Positions 48,278 through 58,350 are shown, counted from the stretch's first letter. The stretch is 64,000 nt of DNA from an uncultured Synechococcaceae cyanobacterium (GCA_902572395.1 CACGFX010000003.1:8057-72056); one strand, 5' to 3'. Program-made: numbers and translations. Notes: generated by a model not told the origin, from the sequence alone.

Positions 48278-48517
48278 ATGCCAAAAAGAAGTTCTATTTC
48301 AATTTTCATTGCAGCTACAAGCGCACTCGCTATTTCTACAGCAAATACCGATTCTGTTAAATCAGGTGAAAATGACTTAGGGGGACTTAAAGAATGGAAT
48401 ACCGATATGGCTATAGATGCAGATTTCAAATTAGATGAAGATGCCCAGAAGATAGCTGATGAGGCTGCAAAATCAAGTGCTTGTATTCCCATTGGAGAGG
48501 GTGAGAACTGCTGGTAA
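48278..48517 (+). CDS. small secreted acidic protein
   Basis: Signal-like N-terminus; C-terminal CIPIGEGENCW; followed by terminator. Confidence 0.7.
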   Translation: MPKRSSISIFIAATSALAISTANTDSVKSGENDLGGLKEWNTDMAIDADFKLDEDAQKIADEAAKSSACIPIGEGENCW

Positions 48518-48522
48518 ATACT

Positions 48523-48553
48523 AAAAAAAACGCCCTTAATTAGGGCGTTTTTT
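48523..48553. terminator. bidirectional intrinsic terminator
   Basis: AAAAAACGCCCT-taatt-AGGGCGTTTTTT. Confidence 0.85.
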
Positions 48554-48574
48554 AATGAACTAAATTAAAATAAA

Positions 48575-49873
48575 TTAAAATTTAAATGTAGTTTCTACAA
48601 CTGCTCCGAAGATATCAGCACCAGATGTTCCATTTCTATCAGTACCTCCAAATACTGCTGGAGTAACTGTTACAGAATCATTAGGATTAAATGAGTAATA
48701 AACTTCATAAGCAAATGGATCTACAGACTCACTTTCGTTAGTTGTAGGCTGACCAAACGCTAAACCTATTCTGTCGTCTGCTTGGAACATGTCTTGCCAA
48801 TTTAGTCCAACAAAATATGCAGTCGAATTGGATGTGCTTGATGGAGCTCCATCATATTCTGTTGTATCAAAACCAACTGAAATTGAAGGCGCTGCAGTTC
48901 CGGTGTTATCAGGTCTCCACCAACCTCTCAAACCTACAGATGAGAAATTACCGTTACCACCAGTTCCATGATCAGCAGTGTGATAATAAGAATCACTCCA
49001 ACCATTAGATTTAATATTAAGTAAAGCTGATACAGAATAATTTGGTTTTGTATAGCCAACTTGTGTAGCCCAGCTAGTCTTTGTTTCGTTAGTTAAAAGA
49101 CCGGTATTATAGTATTCGTCATCTGAATCTTTTTTTGACGAATTTGATTTAGTACCTATGTTGGAACTAACCGCAAAACCATTATCAGCTTTATAAGCCC
49201 AACCAGCTCCTGTATCAGTACTTGCACCGTAAGCTTCACCATTACCACCAAGAGTAAACTGTTTAGTTACAGGTTTATAGATAGATGGTGTAGTTCCGTG
49301 CATATAATAGTTTTCAATTCTTGGTCCTACCCAAACAGTGTTACTATCACCAACTGGGAATTGATACCAAATTTTGTCAACCTTAAGAGTACCACCGTTA
49401 CCATTTCCTGAAACTAGGTAAGATCCATAAGTTTTAGATTTTGTCCAATCTGTATGGTTACCTGTTTTAATTCTTACGTAAAGATTATCGTCACCTGTGA
49501 AACTTGTATTAAGATTCATGGTGTAGGTATACCATGCTGAAGTAGCTTCAGAACTAGTATTTGAAGCTTCAGAATAATCAACAGCACCTATACCAAAGAT
49601 AGCTTTACCATCCATTGATGTAGTTTCAGAGAAAGCTCCAGCTTCAAAATCATTTTGCTGAGCTTCAAGACCATCAACACGGCTCTTTAAGATAGCTATA
49701 TCTTCACTAACTTCGTTAATGAATGTTTTACTGTCAATTCTTGAAGATTTTGATTGGCTACGTGCATAGCTGTTCATTTCTTCTACATTGACAATGTCGG
49801 AAGCTTGTGAAGCAACTGGAGCGAATAAGCTCAAAGATGCTCCTGCTACCAACATTTGTTGGAAGAGTTTCAT
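48575..49873 (-). CDS. som: outer-membrane porin (Som type)
   Basis: MKLFQQMLVA signal, RVDGLEA coiled coil, FSETT, LNTSFTGDDNL, C-terminal ETTFKF. Confidence 0.92.
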   Translation of the reverse strand: MKLFQQMLVAGASLSLFAPVASQASDIVNVEEMNSYARSQSKSSRIDSKTFINEVSEDIAILKSRVDGLEAQQNDFEAGAFSETTSMDGKAIFGIGAVDYSEASNTSSEATSAWYTYTMNLNTSFTGDDNLYVRIKTGNHTDWTKSKTYGSYLVSGNGNGGTLKVDKIWYQFPVGDSNTVWVGPRIENYYMHGTTPSIYKPVTKQFTLGGNGEAYGASTDTGAGWAYKADNGFAVSSNIGTKSNSSKKDSDDEYYNTGLLTNETKTSWATQVGYTKPNYSVSALLNIKSNGWSDSYYHTADHGTGGNGNFSSVGLRGWWRPDNTGTAAPSISVGFDTTEYDGAPSSTSNSTAYFVGLNWQDMFQADDRIGLAFGQPTTNESESVDPFAYEVYYSFNPNDSVTVTPAVFGGTDRNGTSGADIFGAVVETTFKF

Positions 49874-49964
49874 TTTACCTCACACTAAAGTAGCCCAAAT
49901 AATTTGGGTATCTATACTGTATCGAGCGTAACAAAAAAGGAAAGAATTATAAGTTTCTAAATGG

Positions 49965-49980
49965 TGTAACTTTTTATACA
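49965..49980. promoter_or_regulatory. NtcA-type box upstream of porin
   Basis: TGTA-ACTTTTTA-TACA. Confidence 0.55.
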
Positions 49981-50012
49981 TCTAATTTTTTTGGTTAAAA
50001 ATTTTGTATACG

Positions 50013-50882
50013 TTAATTTTTTATCAAAGGGTAGTTAAGGGATTTTCTTTCATCTACCCATGATGAGGCGACTTCTCTTGCTAATTTTCGAATCTTTTCA
50101 ATATATTGTGCACGATCTGTAACTGAAATTACTCCTCTAGCATCAAGAAGATTAAATGTATGACTACACTTCAGAACAAAATCAAGGGCCGGATAAATTA
50201 ATTTCTTTTCGATTAAGTTATTTGCCTCAGCTTGATAAATTTCAAATAATTTTCTGAGATTGTCAGCACTAGATTCATCAAAATTATAAGAGCATTGACT
50301 TTTTTCAAATTGAAGCCAAATATCGCTATATTTTAAATCTTTGTTCCAATTTAAGTCCCATATACTATCCTTATCCTGCAAAAACATTGCAATCCTCTCT
50401 AATCCATAAGTGATTTCAATTGGGATTGGATTACAATCTATACCACCACATTGTTGAAAATAAGTAAATTGAGTAACTTCCATTCCGTCCAACCAAACTT
50501 CCCAACCTACCCCCCAGGCTCCAAGAGTTGGAGACTCCCAATTATCTTCCACAAATCTAATGTCATGATTTCTAGGATTTATCCCGAGAGACTCTAGCGA
50601 TGTCAAGTATTTTTCCTGGATTCCTTCAGGTGAAGGTTTAATTATTACTTGATATTGAAAGTAATGTTGTGCCCTATTAGGATTATCTCCAAAACGTCCA
50701 TCTGTAGGTCTTCTACATGGCTCTGCATATGCAACACTCCAAGGCTCTGGTCCAATAGCCCTTAAAAAAGTATGCGGATTCATTGTCCCAGCGCCCTTTT
50801 CGATATCATATGGCTGCATAATCAAACAACCTTCTTCTGACCAAAAATTATTTAAATTTTGAATTATATCTTGAAAAAACAT
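50013..50882 (-). CDS. glyQ: glycine--tRNA ligase alpha subunit
   Basis: [41 protein letters not shown]. Confidence 0.98.
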   Translation of the reverse strand: MFFQDIIQNLNNFWSEEGCLIMQPYDIEKGAGTMNPHTFLRAIGPEPWSVAYAEPCRRPTDGRFGDNPNRAQHYFQYQVIIKPSPEGIQEKYLTSLESLGINPRNHDIRFVEDNWESPTLGAWGVGWEVWLDGMEVTQFTYFQQCGGIDCNPIPIEITYGLERIAMFLQDKDSIWDLNWNKDLKYSDIWLQFEKSQCSYNFDESSADNLRKLFEIYQAEANNLIEKKLIYPALDFVLKCSHTFNLLDARGVISVTDRAQYIEKIRKLAREVASSWVDERKSLNYPLIKN

Positions 50883-51037
50883 TAAATTAAAATAGGTGGA
50901 AATTTAGATCAATGCCACTAGATATAATAACAAAGGTTTAAAGTAAAAAATCTTTTAAAATCCAATTCCACAAAATTATCATCCGATAAAAAGCCCTCAC
51001 AAAATTAGATCCGTGATAAAAATAAATGAGAAATTAA

Positions 51038-51424
51038 TTATGTAAAAAAATCTAATGGGAATGGTCCAAAAGTATTAGATCCTTTAGCATCTTCGTCATA
51101 CTGACATGTTATTAAAATTCCTTCTCCAAGACCATTTTCTGATCTCACAAAAACATTACCAGTTTTTTGATTAGCTTTTAAAAAAACACCTCCATCAGCA
51201 TGAAGGGAACCTAGATTACCAAATTTAATTGAGGAATATTTCTTAGAAATTGATTGTAACGCTTCAATAGCTCTATCATCACTAGGTGCCATTATTCCAA
51301 TTGTTATCCAATCTGTATTAATAATATTTGCTTCTAATTCTTCTAAAAGTTTTTTTTCTTGCACATAACTTAATTTAGGGGCAGTTCTAAGATTATTTAA
51401 ATCGACTAATTTATTTACTTCCAT
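51038..51424 (-). CDS. DUF1824 family protein
   Basis: W.TIGIMA, G.VFLKANQKTG, TFGPFPLD; likely start Met at 51424 avoids overlap with upstream gene. Confidence 0.75.
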   Translation of the reverse strand: MEVNKLVDLNNLRTAPKLSYVQEKKLLEELEANIINTDWITIGIMAPSDDRAIEALQSISKKYSSIKFGNLGSLHADGGVFLKANQKTGNVFVRSENGLGEGILITCQYDEDAKGSNTFGPFPLDFFT

Positions 51425-51446
51425 TAAATTTATTCCAAAAAAGTCC

Positions 51447-51779
51447 TTAACCAAATGTTCTTCCATTCCAAGCCCAAAACGAAGGAGGGGCATCCTCAAA
51501 AGAAATATAAATCCTATCTATTGGAATTCCCATTTTCTCATATACAAAATCTGATATTGGCTTTGCCATTTCTGAGGGATTTAGAGAACCTATTGATTTG
51601 ATTTCTAAAAAGCAAGATGGGGTCTCATCATCAAAATACATTTGGCAATTATCATCAATTTTCGCCATAACAAATCTTCTTGATTTTTTAGTTAAAGATG
51701 AAATTAAAATTGAAATTTCTTCGAGCAATTTATCTTTATTATTAACTTTTGCTGAAGTCGAAACATTAATATAAGGCAT
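51447..51779 (-). CDS. MIF/tautomerase family protein
   Basis: N-terminal Pro (MPYINV), KSIG, DRIYI.F.D, W.WNGRTF. Confidence 0.9.
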   Translation of the reverse strand: MPYINVSTSAKVNNKDKLLEEISILISSLTKKSRRFVMAKIDDNCQMYFDDETPSCFLEIKSIGSLNPSEMAKPISDFVYEKMGIPIDRIYISFEDAPPSFWAWNGRTFG

Positions 51780-51781
51780 CT

Positions 51782-51955
51782 CTATGCAGCAAGATAATCT
51801 TTCTTAGAATCACTTTCTAAATAAAAAGTTTTATTTTTTAAATTTCTTTTTGATGAAAGATATGCCATATCGTATGAACTTATTCCATTTTTATAAGGAT
51901 TGAAAAGAGCATTTTTAGACCTGTTTTTTTTGCTCCTCTTGAACTCAACCATCAT
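51782..51955 (-). CDS. small basic hypothetical protein (57 aa)
   Basis: Manual ORF MMVEFKRSKKNRSKNALFNPYKNG...DSKKDYLAA; stop is 2 nt before the MIF start. Confidence 0.55.
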   Translation of the reverse strand: MMVEFKRSKKNRSKNALFNPYKNGISSYDMAYLSSKRNLKNKTFYLESDSKKDYLAA

Positions 51956-52105
51956 TATTAAATCTTTAATTATTAATTTAACTTTTTTTGAATAGATGTC
52001 TAGTTTTTTTGAGAATTTTTAATTTTATTAAATGAAAAAAGTTCCAAATACACAATTAGAATTTCTTTTTACTAGATTTACCATATAAATTCTAAATTTG
52101 TTGCT

Positions 52106-52744
52106 TTGGAAGTTTTAAATAATTATCAAAGAAAAAAACTTGATGAGAGCAATGATGAAGAATTTTATTCTGATCCAAAATTTGTTTATCATCTTGATGA
52201 AAACTTCAGACAAAATCTATCAGATTTATATGAAAGAGAAATTGATAATAATTCAACTGTCCTTGATTTAATGTCCAGTTGGGATAGTTATTTACCTAAA
52301 AAGAAAAAATATAAAAAAGTTATTGGACATGGTTTAAACAAGCAAGAACTTGAAAGAAACAAAATTTTTGATTCTTATTGGATACAAAATTTTAATTTAA
52401 GTCAACAAATTCCGCTAGACAAAGAAAGCGTTAATTATTGCTTGATGGTGGCAGCATGGCAATATTTACAATATCCTGAGAATCTAACTAAAGAAATCGC
52501 AAGAATATTGAGCAGACAGGGCAAGTTTATTATTGCTTTTTCAAACAGAGCATTTTGGCATAAAGCTCCTAATATATGGACTTCATCTACTGAAGAAGAG
52601 AGGGTTAAATATGTAAGAAAAGTATTAATCTCAAACGGATTTAATGAGCCAAAAATTATCAAAAAGTTTACTGAACCAGCACTTAATATATTTAATTTTT
52701 TAAATAATGACCCATTTTATTGTTTAATTGCAACTAGAGAGTAA
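52106..52744 (+). CDS. class I SAM-dependent methyltransferase-like protein
   Basis: DEEFY..PKFVYHLD, VLDLMSSW.SYLP, FSNRAF..KA. Confidence 0.85.
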   Translation: MEVLNNYQRKKLDESNDEEFYSDPKFVYHLDENFRQNLSDLYEREIDNNSTVLDLMSSWDSYLPKKKKYKKVIGHGLNKQELERNKIFDSYWIQNFNLSQQIPLDKESVNYCLMVAAWQYLQYPENLTKEIARILSRQGKFIIAFSNRAFWHKAPNIWTSSTEEERVKYVRKVLISNGFNEPKIIKKFTEPALNIFNFLNNDPFYCLIATRE

Positions 52745-52852
52745 TTTTTAATTACATTGCATTAAACAAAAAATCTATGAAAAAGTTATACACAATTTTT
52801 CATAGCCATACTTTTAAAATTTTACTAATATTGGGTAGTTAAAATTAATCAT

Positions 52853-53098
52853 ATGGGTTCTAAAAGAGAAAAATATCCTGAAAAATGTCCTTGGGATCTT
52901 GGCCCTAATCAACATTTAGCAAAAGAAGAGAACTGGACTTTAAGATTAGGAGAAGCAAATGTATGCTTTAGCAAAAATAAATTAGATAATAATTATTTTC
53001 ATGTAATTAGTAATGAAAATGAAGAGCAAATTCTAGCTTTTAGGGCCAGACTCTTATATCAAAAACTACTAGATAAAGGGTTTAGATTGGTTGAATAA
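52853..53098 (+). CDS. hypothetical protein
   Basis: 81 aa ORF. Confidence 0.55.
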   Translation: MGSKREKYPEKCPWDLGPNQHLAKEENWTLRLGEANVCFSKNKLDNNYFHVISNENEEQILAFRARLLYQKLLDKGFRLVE

Positions 53099-53101
53099 AA
53101 C

Positions 53102-53755
53102 CTAATTTAATAAGCATATATCCTCGAAGACAAACTTTTGTGTTTCTTCTTCTTGATTTTGGTTTAAGAATTTTATAGTTCTCGAATTTAATATCCAATA
53201 ATCGTCTTTACCCATATTTAGAAACTCATCCTCATATTCCAATTTTTGAGAACTTGTCTCTAGTGTATCTGGATCAATTTGTTGACTACTATATTTTTTA
53301 CTAAGGGAACCTATTCCTGTATCTAAAAATTCTTCAACAAAAATTTCTATTATAGTTCCATGAATTTTTCTGTAGACCATATTAATATAGTTATTTTTAA
53401 CCCTATATTTATCACCTTGATTCTTACCTGAAACACTCATTTCAATCCCACTTTCAGAATTTTTAAGCAAATTAAAATTATTTTCTGAGTGCACTGATTC
53501 AAATTCTCTCTTTACCCTATGTATACACACTTCAAATAACTGAGAGGCAATACTTTTAACAACTTTCTCATCTTCTATTTTTTGAATATTTGGTTTAAAG
53601 TCTTTGCCTAATATGAATTCTCCTTTATGAATATTATTATTAGTCAAGAAAATACATTTACCTTGGTAACCATGAAAATCATTATTCCAGGTGTAACGAT
53701 TTTCATAAGCCTTCTTGAAAATCTCCTTACAATTAATTTCTTTTAGATTATCCAT
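53102..53755 (-). CDS. DUF3386 family protein
   Basis: FKKAYENRYTW...F.GY; IHRVKREF...H. Confidence 0.85.
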   Translation of the reverse strand: MDNLKEINCKEIFKKAYENRYTWNNDFHGYQGKCIFLTNNNIHKGEFILGKDFKPNIQKIEDEKVVKSIASQLFEVCIHRVKREFESVHSENNFNLLKNSESGIEMSVSGKNQGDKYRVKNNYINMVYRKIHGTIIEIFVEEFLDTGIGSLSKKYSSQQIDPDTLETSSQKLEYEDEFLNMGKDDYWILNSRTIKFLNQNQEEETQKFVFEDICLLN

Positions 53756-53785
53756 TAATTTTTTAAAGTCGTTAAATAATTCTAC

Positions 53786-53821
53786 AAAAAAAAACCTCCC
53801 TATTAGAGGAGAGGTTTTTTA
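53786..53821 (-). terminator. intrinsic terminator after pcb
   Basis: AAAAAACCTC...GAGGTTTTTT. Confidence 0.7.
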
Positions 53822-53831
53822 TTAGATTAAA

Positions 53832-54890
53832 TTAGTTTTGAGTAATTTTTGTATTTTCAATGTTGTCAAAAGCTTGACCAATTTTCTTAAAGTCAAATCC
53901 CATTGCTCTTAGTGCGTGCCAAAGATGACCTTGTAAGAAAAAGAAACCCAAATAAAAATGAGTATTAGCAAGCCAAGCTCTTGAGCTATATGCTCCTGAA
54001 CCTAGATCTACTGTATCAGTAAAATAAGGGGCAAATTCAAATTGGAGCTTTAAGGGTTCTCCATATAGATCAACTGGATATATGGTTGTATTTGAAGCAC
54101 ACCAAAAAGCAGCAACAAAAGCCATATAGGAAACACCAACCACTGAGTATGACAAAATTGCCTCAGCGCCAAGTAATCCTTTTCCTTTAAATTCTGTATA
54201 TTCTCCAAATTGTTTAGTACAAATATGGAAAACACCTCCAATTATTTCTAGGAAAGCTAGGAAAGCATGTCCTCCCATAACGTCTTCAAGACTATCTATT
54301 TTTAAAAAATCAAATTGATGATTCCAGATAGCTGCAATATCTAAATTGTAAATAACTTGTCTTGTAGATCCTATTGCTGGGTCGTAAATTCCATGAATAC
54401 GAGCCCATTCAACGAACATAATTGCTCCAAGCCCAAGAAAGATTAGATGATGACCAAGAATAAAAGTTAATTTATCTGGATCATCCCATTCGAAATCAAA
54501 TTTTTGTGGCTTACTATTTTCTGGATAGTCTCCAAGATCACCTGCAAATTTATTGGAATGTAATAATCCCCCAGCACCCAATACTGCTGAAAAAATTAGA
54601 TGTAATGTGCAAATTACAACAATTCCATATGGTTCTGTAATAACACCATTTTCAACGCCACCAATTCCAATACCTGCTAGGTGAGGCAAAACAATTGCTT
54701 TCTGTGCACCCATTGGAATACTGGCGTCGTAACGGGCCAATTCAAATAATCCAAAAGCTCCTGCCCAGAACATCATTAGGCCTGCATGGGCAGCATGAGC
54801 AGCTATGAATTTACCTGATCGGCCAACAACACCAGAATTTCCTGCGTACCAGTCATAGGTGACATCAGATTTTCCGTAAGTTTGTAACAC
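53832..54890 (-). CDS. pcb: chlorophyll a/b-binding antenna protein, IsiA-like Pcb adjacent to isiB
   Basis: QTYG...YDWYAGN, GKFIAAHAAHAGL, QGHLWHALRA; 6-TM CP43-like. Confidence 0.93.
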   Translation of the reverse strand: MLQTYGKSDVTYDWYAGNSGVVGRSGKFIAAHAAHAGLMMFWAGAFGLFELARYDASIPMGAQKAIVLPHLAGIGIGGVENGVITEPYGIVVICTLHLIFSAVLGAGGLLHSNKFAGDLGDYPENSKPQKFDFEWDDPDKLTFILGHHLIFLGLGAIMFVEWARIHGIYDPAIGSTRQVIYNLDIAAIWNHQFDFLKIDSLEDVMGGHAFLAFLEIIGGVFHICTKQFGEYTEFKGKGLLGAEAILSYSVVGVSYMAFVAAFWCASNTTIYPVDLYGEPLKLQFEFAPYFTDTVDLGSGAYSSRAWLANTHFYLGFFFLQGHLWHALRAMGFDFKKIGQAFDNIENTKITQN

Positions 54891-55033
54891 TTGATTTAAG
54901 TAAACAGCAAATTGAGCATATTGCTTATCGATATTGTTTTTACATGTTCTTTACAGATTTAATTACTTATGTAAAAAAAACATATTGTGAAAGAACAAAT
55001 GTTACAAACTAATGAAGTAATGTCTGAGATAGC

Positions 55034-55558
55034 TTACCCCAATGAAGGAATTTCACCCTTAAGCTGAGAAGCCCATGTTTCAAGACGCGAATCGGTCAAA
55101 TCAGATTCACTATCCTCATCAAGAGGTAATCCACAAAAGCTTTCTCCTATAACACTTTTAGACTCATCAAATGTATAAGATGATTTATCCACATAGCCAA
55201 CCATTTCGGCGCCTGCTTTTGTGAAGTAACTATGAAGTTCTTCCATTGCGTCACAATAGTTTTCTGTATATGTGGAAGAATCGCCTAAACCAAAAATGGC
55301 AACTTTTTTTCCTGATAAACTTAGTTCACCAATATCCTCTAATATTGAATCCCATGCAGTTCCAGATCTTTCTTCATCGGCACCAGTATTCCAAGTAGGT
55401 ATCCCGCAGATAATTCCATCAAGACCTTCAAATTCTGAAAGATCATCCACATCAGATACATCTTTAGGTGCTTCTGCTGAAGAAATAAAGTTGTGAAGAC
55501 GATCTGCTACGTCTTCAGTTTTTCCAGTTGTAGTTGCGTAATAAATTCCTACAGTCAT
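55034..55558 (-). CDS. isiB: flavodoxin
   Basis: YATTTGKTE, GIPTWNTG, AIFGLGDS, FCGLPLDED. Confidence 0.95.
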   Translation of the reverse strand: MTVGIYYATTTGKTEDVADRLHNFISSAEAPKDVSDVDDLSEFEGLDGIICGIPTWNTGADEERSGTAWDSILEDIGELSLSGKKVAIFGLGDSSTYTENYCDAMEELHSYFTKAGAEMVGYVDKSSYTFDESKSVIGESFCGLPLDEDSESDLTDSRLETWASQLKGEIPSLG

Positions 55559-55697
55559 AACTTCAAAATGTTTACATTAAAATAATAAAATCTAAAAACG
55601 TTAAATTAATTTCTTTAAAAACTTTTTCATGTAAAATTTTATACTAATTAAGGTATGAAAATTTTTTAGGAATAATTTATTAAAAATTTCAACCATC

Positions 55698-56432
55698 GTG
55701 ACTGACAAATTTCAAAATGATATAAAAAATCTTATTGAAGAATTCAACTTTAATGGGTACAAAAAATTCAAATTAATTATTTTATTTGGTTTATTAGGAG
55801 ATTTTGATAGTTTTGAATATGCAATAAATTTAAAAAGTTTTATCGATAAAAATCAAGATAAAAATTTAGATATATTTGCAATTGCTATTGGGAATCAAAA
55901 TGGGAAAGAAAAATTCTGCAAATTTACTGGCTTTCACAAAGAAAAATTAATAGTTGTTTCTGATAATCAAATCCATAATAATCTAAAAGTCTCAAGAGGA
56001 TTAGATATTGGCTTAGGAGGTTGGATCAATTTGCTTTTGATGTTATCAGGGATAAATTCTTTTAAAACAATTAAAGAAGTTATTAGAGGTTATACCGGCG
56101 ACCGAAAAGCAAAGCAAATCTATTCAGAATTTGACAAAATTGAATTTTTAAAATTTTTAAAATTTTCAGGTAATTCTTTTAAAAAGATTTTCGGGGATGG
56201 TTACTTGAGACCATTTGAATTAGCAACATTTAGATTAAATAATATGAATGAAATAATTCAAAATTGGAGTGATTATATTCTTAATGAAGAATACCTTCCT
56301 CAAAGAGGGGCTTCTTTTCTATTGAATAACAAAAATCAAATTATTTATAAATTTTTCTCAAACGATGTGCTTGGATATTCATCAAACATGAAGGATCCCT
56401 TAGGATTTTTGACTGATTTAATTAAAGAATAG
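55698..56432 (+). CDS. AhpC/TSA-related (peroxiredoxin-like) protein
   Basis: LGDFDSFEYA, LRPFELATFRL.NM, QRGASF. Confidence 0.75.
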   Translation: MTDKFQNDIKNLIEEFNFNGYKKFKLIILFGLLGDFDSFEYAINLKSFIDKNQDKNLDIFAIAIGNQNGKEKFCKFTGFHKEKLIVVSDNQIHNNLKVSRGLDIGLGGWINLLLMLSGINSFKTIKEVIRGYTGDRKAKQIYSEFDKIEFLKFLKFSGNSFKKIFGDGYLRPFELATFRLNNMNEIIQNWSDYILNEEYLPQRGASFLLNNKNQIIYKFFSNDVLGYSSNMKDPLGFLTDLIKE

Positions 56433-56448
56433 TTTTTAAAATATTTTT

Positions 56449-56706
56449 ATGAATGTAGATATATTTGGATATTTTGCAGCGATTTTGACAACAGCAGCAT
56501 TTCTGCCTCAATTGATAAAAACTTTAAAAACAAAAAAGGCAGATGATGTTTCTTTAACTACATTAATAATGTTTATTATCGGCGTTTTGTCTTGGATTAT
56601 TTACGGTTATGAAATTTCTTCTAAACCAATATTCATAGCAAATTTAATTACCCTGATCTTAAATTTATTGATATTAATCTCTAAAATATATTTTTCAAAA
56701 AATTAA
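56449..56706 (+). CDS. SemiSWEET / PQ-loop transporter
   Basis: LTTAAFLPQ..K..KTKKADDVS, W..YG, ANLIT. Confidence 0.88.
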   Translation: MNVDIFGYFAAILTTAAFLPQLIKTLKTKKADDVSLTTLIMFIIGVLSWIIYGYEISSKPIFIANLITLILNLLILISKIYFSKN

Positions 56707-56760
56707 AAATGAGTAAAAATTTTTTTTAAATTAATAAACTTTAGATTTATTAATTCAATC

Positions 56761-57015
56761 TTGATTAAAATAAAAAAAAATTTACTAATCTTGAAAACTT
56801 CAAAATGCTGGGTTTGGTTTAAAGGAAGCCTTAACAATGGTGGATATTGGAAAGAGGGTTTTACATGTACTTTTGATGAGAACCCTGGAGTTTTAATAGA
56901 AAGTCCTGCTTACGTAACTTGTAGGGTCCCTACATGGAGAGTTTTGACTAAAGAACCAGAAAATTTATATAAATCTCCTCTAATTCCTGACAAAGCAATC
57001 TGGAAAATAATTTAA
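56761..57015 (+). CDS. conserved hypothetical protein
   Basis: Trp-rich; CRVPTWRV; start possibly the TTG at 56791. Confidence 0.65.
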   Translation: MIKIKKNLLILKTSKCWVWFKGSLNNGGYWKEGFTCTFDENPGVLIESPAYVTCRVPTWRVLTKEPENLYKSPLIPDKAIWKII

Positions 57016-57220
57016 ATTCTCAATTAATAAAAAAAAACTTTTTGACTTCACTACGGCGAGTTAAAATTGCTTTAATAGATATTTAATTAATACCATCTAC
57101 TCTCTTTTTGTAAATATTATACCTTTTTTAATCATTGGTTTTCTTCTAGGGAAAAAGAATCCAAAGATTTCAAAATATATAGCAAGACCTCTAATAAGAT
57201 TTGGCATCCCATTAAGTGTA

Positions 57221-58015
57221 ATGGGTCTCCTATTAAAGGAAGGTATAGATATAAACCTAATTAAAAGTGCATTCTTAGCATTCTTTATAATTGGATTTTT
57301 AGTGACCTTAATAAATATAATACCAATATTTAAGAAGAGGCTTCCAAATTACACATTGCAGCTAGCAGGCCTAATAGGTAATACATCATTTCTAGGAATA
57401 CCAATTGCGCTAGCTCTTCTACCTTCAACAACTATAAATTTCACTATTGGATTTGATTTAGGAACAACACTTTTTGCTTGGATATTTGGACCTTTTTTTC
57501 TTCAAAAAAAATCCAACAGCAATAATATACCAAAGATCAAAGGACTAATAAATGCATTGATAAATAGCCCTGCATCAAGAGGGATTATTGGTGTACTTCT
57601 TGCATATCTTTTTCAAGTAGATGAAATATTAGGCAATTATCTTTGGATTCCTGCAAGAATAGTTATTGCTTTGGCAATAATAATTGTAGGTACAAGACTT
57701 GGAATAATCACAAATCAAAATGAGAAAATTTTGGATCTAAATGAAGAAATTAAATTTTCAATTTTATTAAAGTTATTTATTCTTCCATTTATTATTTTTT
57801 TAGTATGCAAATTCGTAAATTTTAACTTCTATCAATCTTCTGCAGTAATTCTTCAGGCAGCAACCCCAACTGCAATTTCCACAATATTAATGGCAGAGGC
57901 TTATGGTGTGAAACAAAAAATAGCTTCAAAAATTCTTTTCACTACAACCTTAATTTCAATAATTACAATTCCTTTATTAAAAATGTTTATGAATGTATTT
58001 ATTCAAATAACTTAA
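57221..58015 (+). CDS. AEC (auxin efflux carrier) family transporter
   Basis: GNTSFLGIP, NSP, QAATPTA; frame open upstream to about 57065. Confidence 0.85.
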   Translation: MGLLLKEGIDINLIKSAFLAFFIIGFLVTLINIIPIFKKRLPNYTLQLAGLIGNTSFLGIPIALALLPSTTINFTIGFDLGTTLFAWIFGPFFLQKKSNSNNIPKIKGLINALINSPASRGIIGVLLAYLFQVDEILGNYLWIPARIVIALAIIIVGTRLGIITNQNEKILDLNEEIKFSILLKLFILPFIIFLVCKFVNFNFYQSSAVILQAATPTAISTILMAEAYGVKQKIASKILFTTTLISIITIPLLKMFMNVFIQIT

Positions 58016-58098
58016 ATAAAGTTTATTAGCTGTGCATAATTGATGAATATTGTAAAGATTATATCCTGATAACTAAATAATGTCTTAAGATTTAGTGT

Positions 58099-58350
58099 AT
58101 GAAGTCAGCAAACCCTGAAAATGAATATATTCCTTTAGATCTAAGGATTTCTGTGAGGAGGGATACTTTAAGGCTTATCTCAGAGATGGCTCAAGATATG
58201 GGAATAAGCATTAATGAAGTTTTTAGTTTTTTGGCCGAAGATTCTGTCATCGACCTCGAATTAATGGAAGATCTAAATAAAATTGACATTCCAAGCAAGT
58301 GCAGCATTGATGATTTAAAAAATGCTCTTCTTAAAAAAAAGCTTTGTTAA
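58099..58350 (+). CDS. small hypothetical protein, possible ribbon-helix-helix
   Basis: LDLRISVRRDTLRLISEMAQDMGISINEV pattern. Confidence 0.65.
   Translation: MKSANPENEYIPLDLRISVRRDTLRLISEMAQDMGISINEVFSFLAEDSVIDLELMEDLNKIDIPSKCSIDDLKNALLKKKLC

Noticed and set aside
48274-48492. 72-aa minus-strand ORF
   Set aside because: Shadow of the plus-strand 79-aa ORF, which has a signal peptide and terminator.
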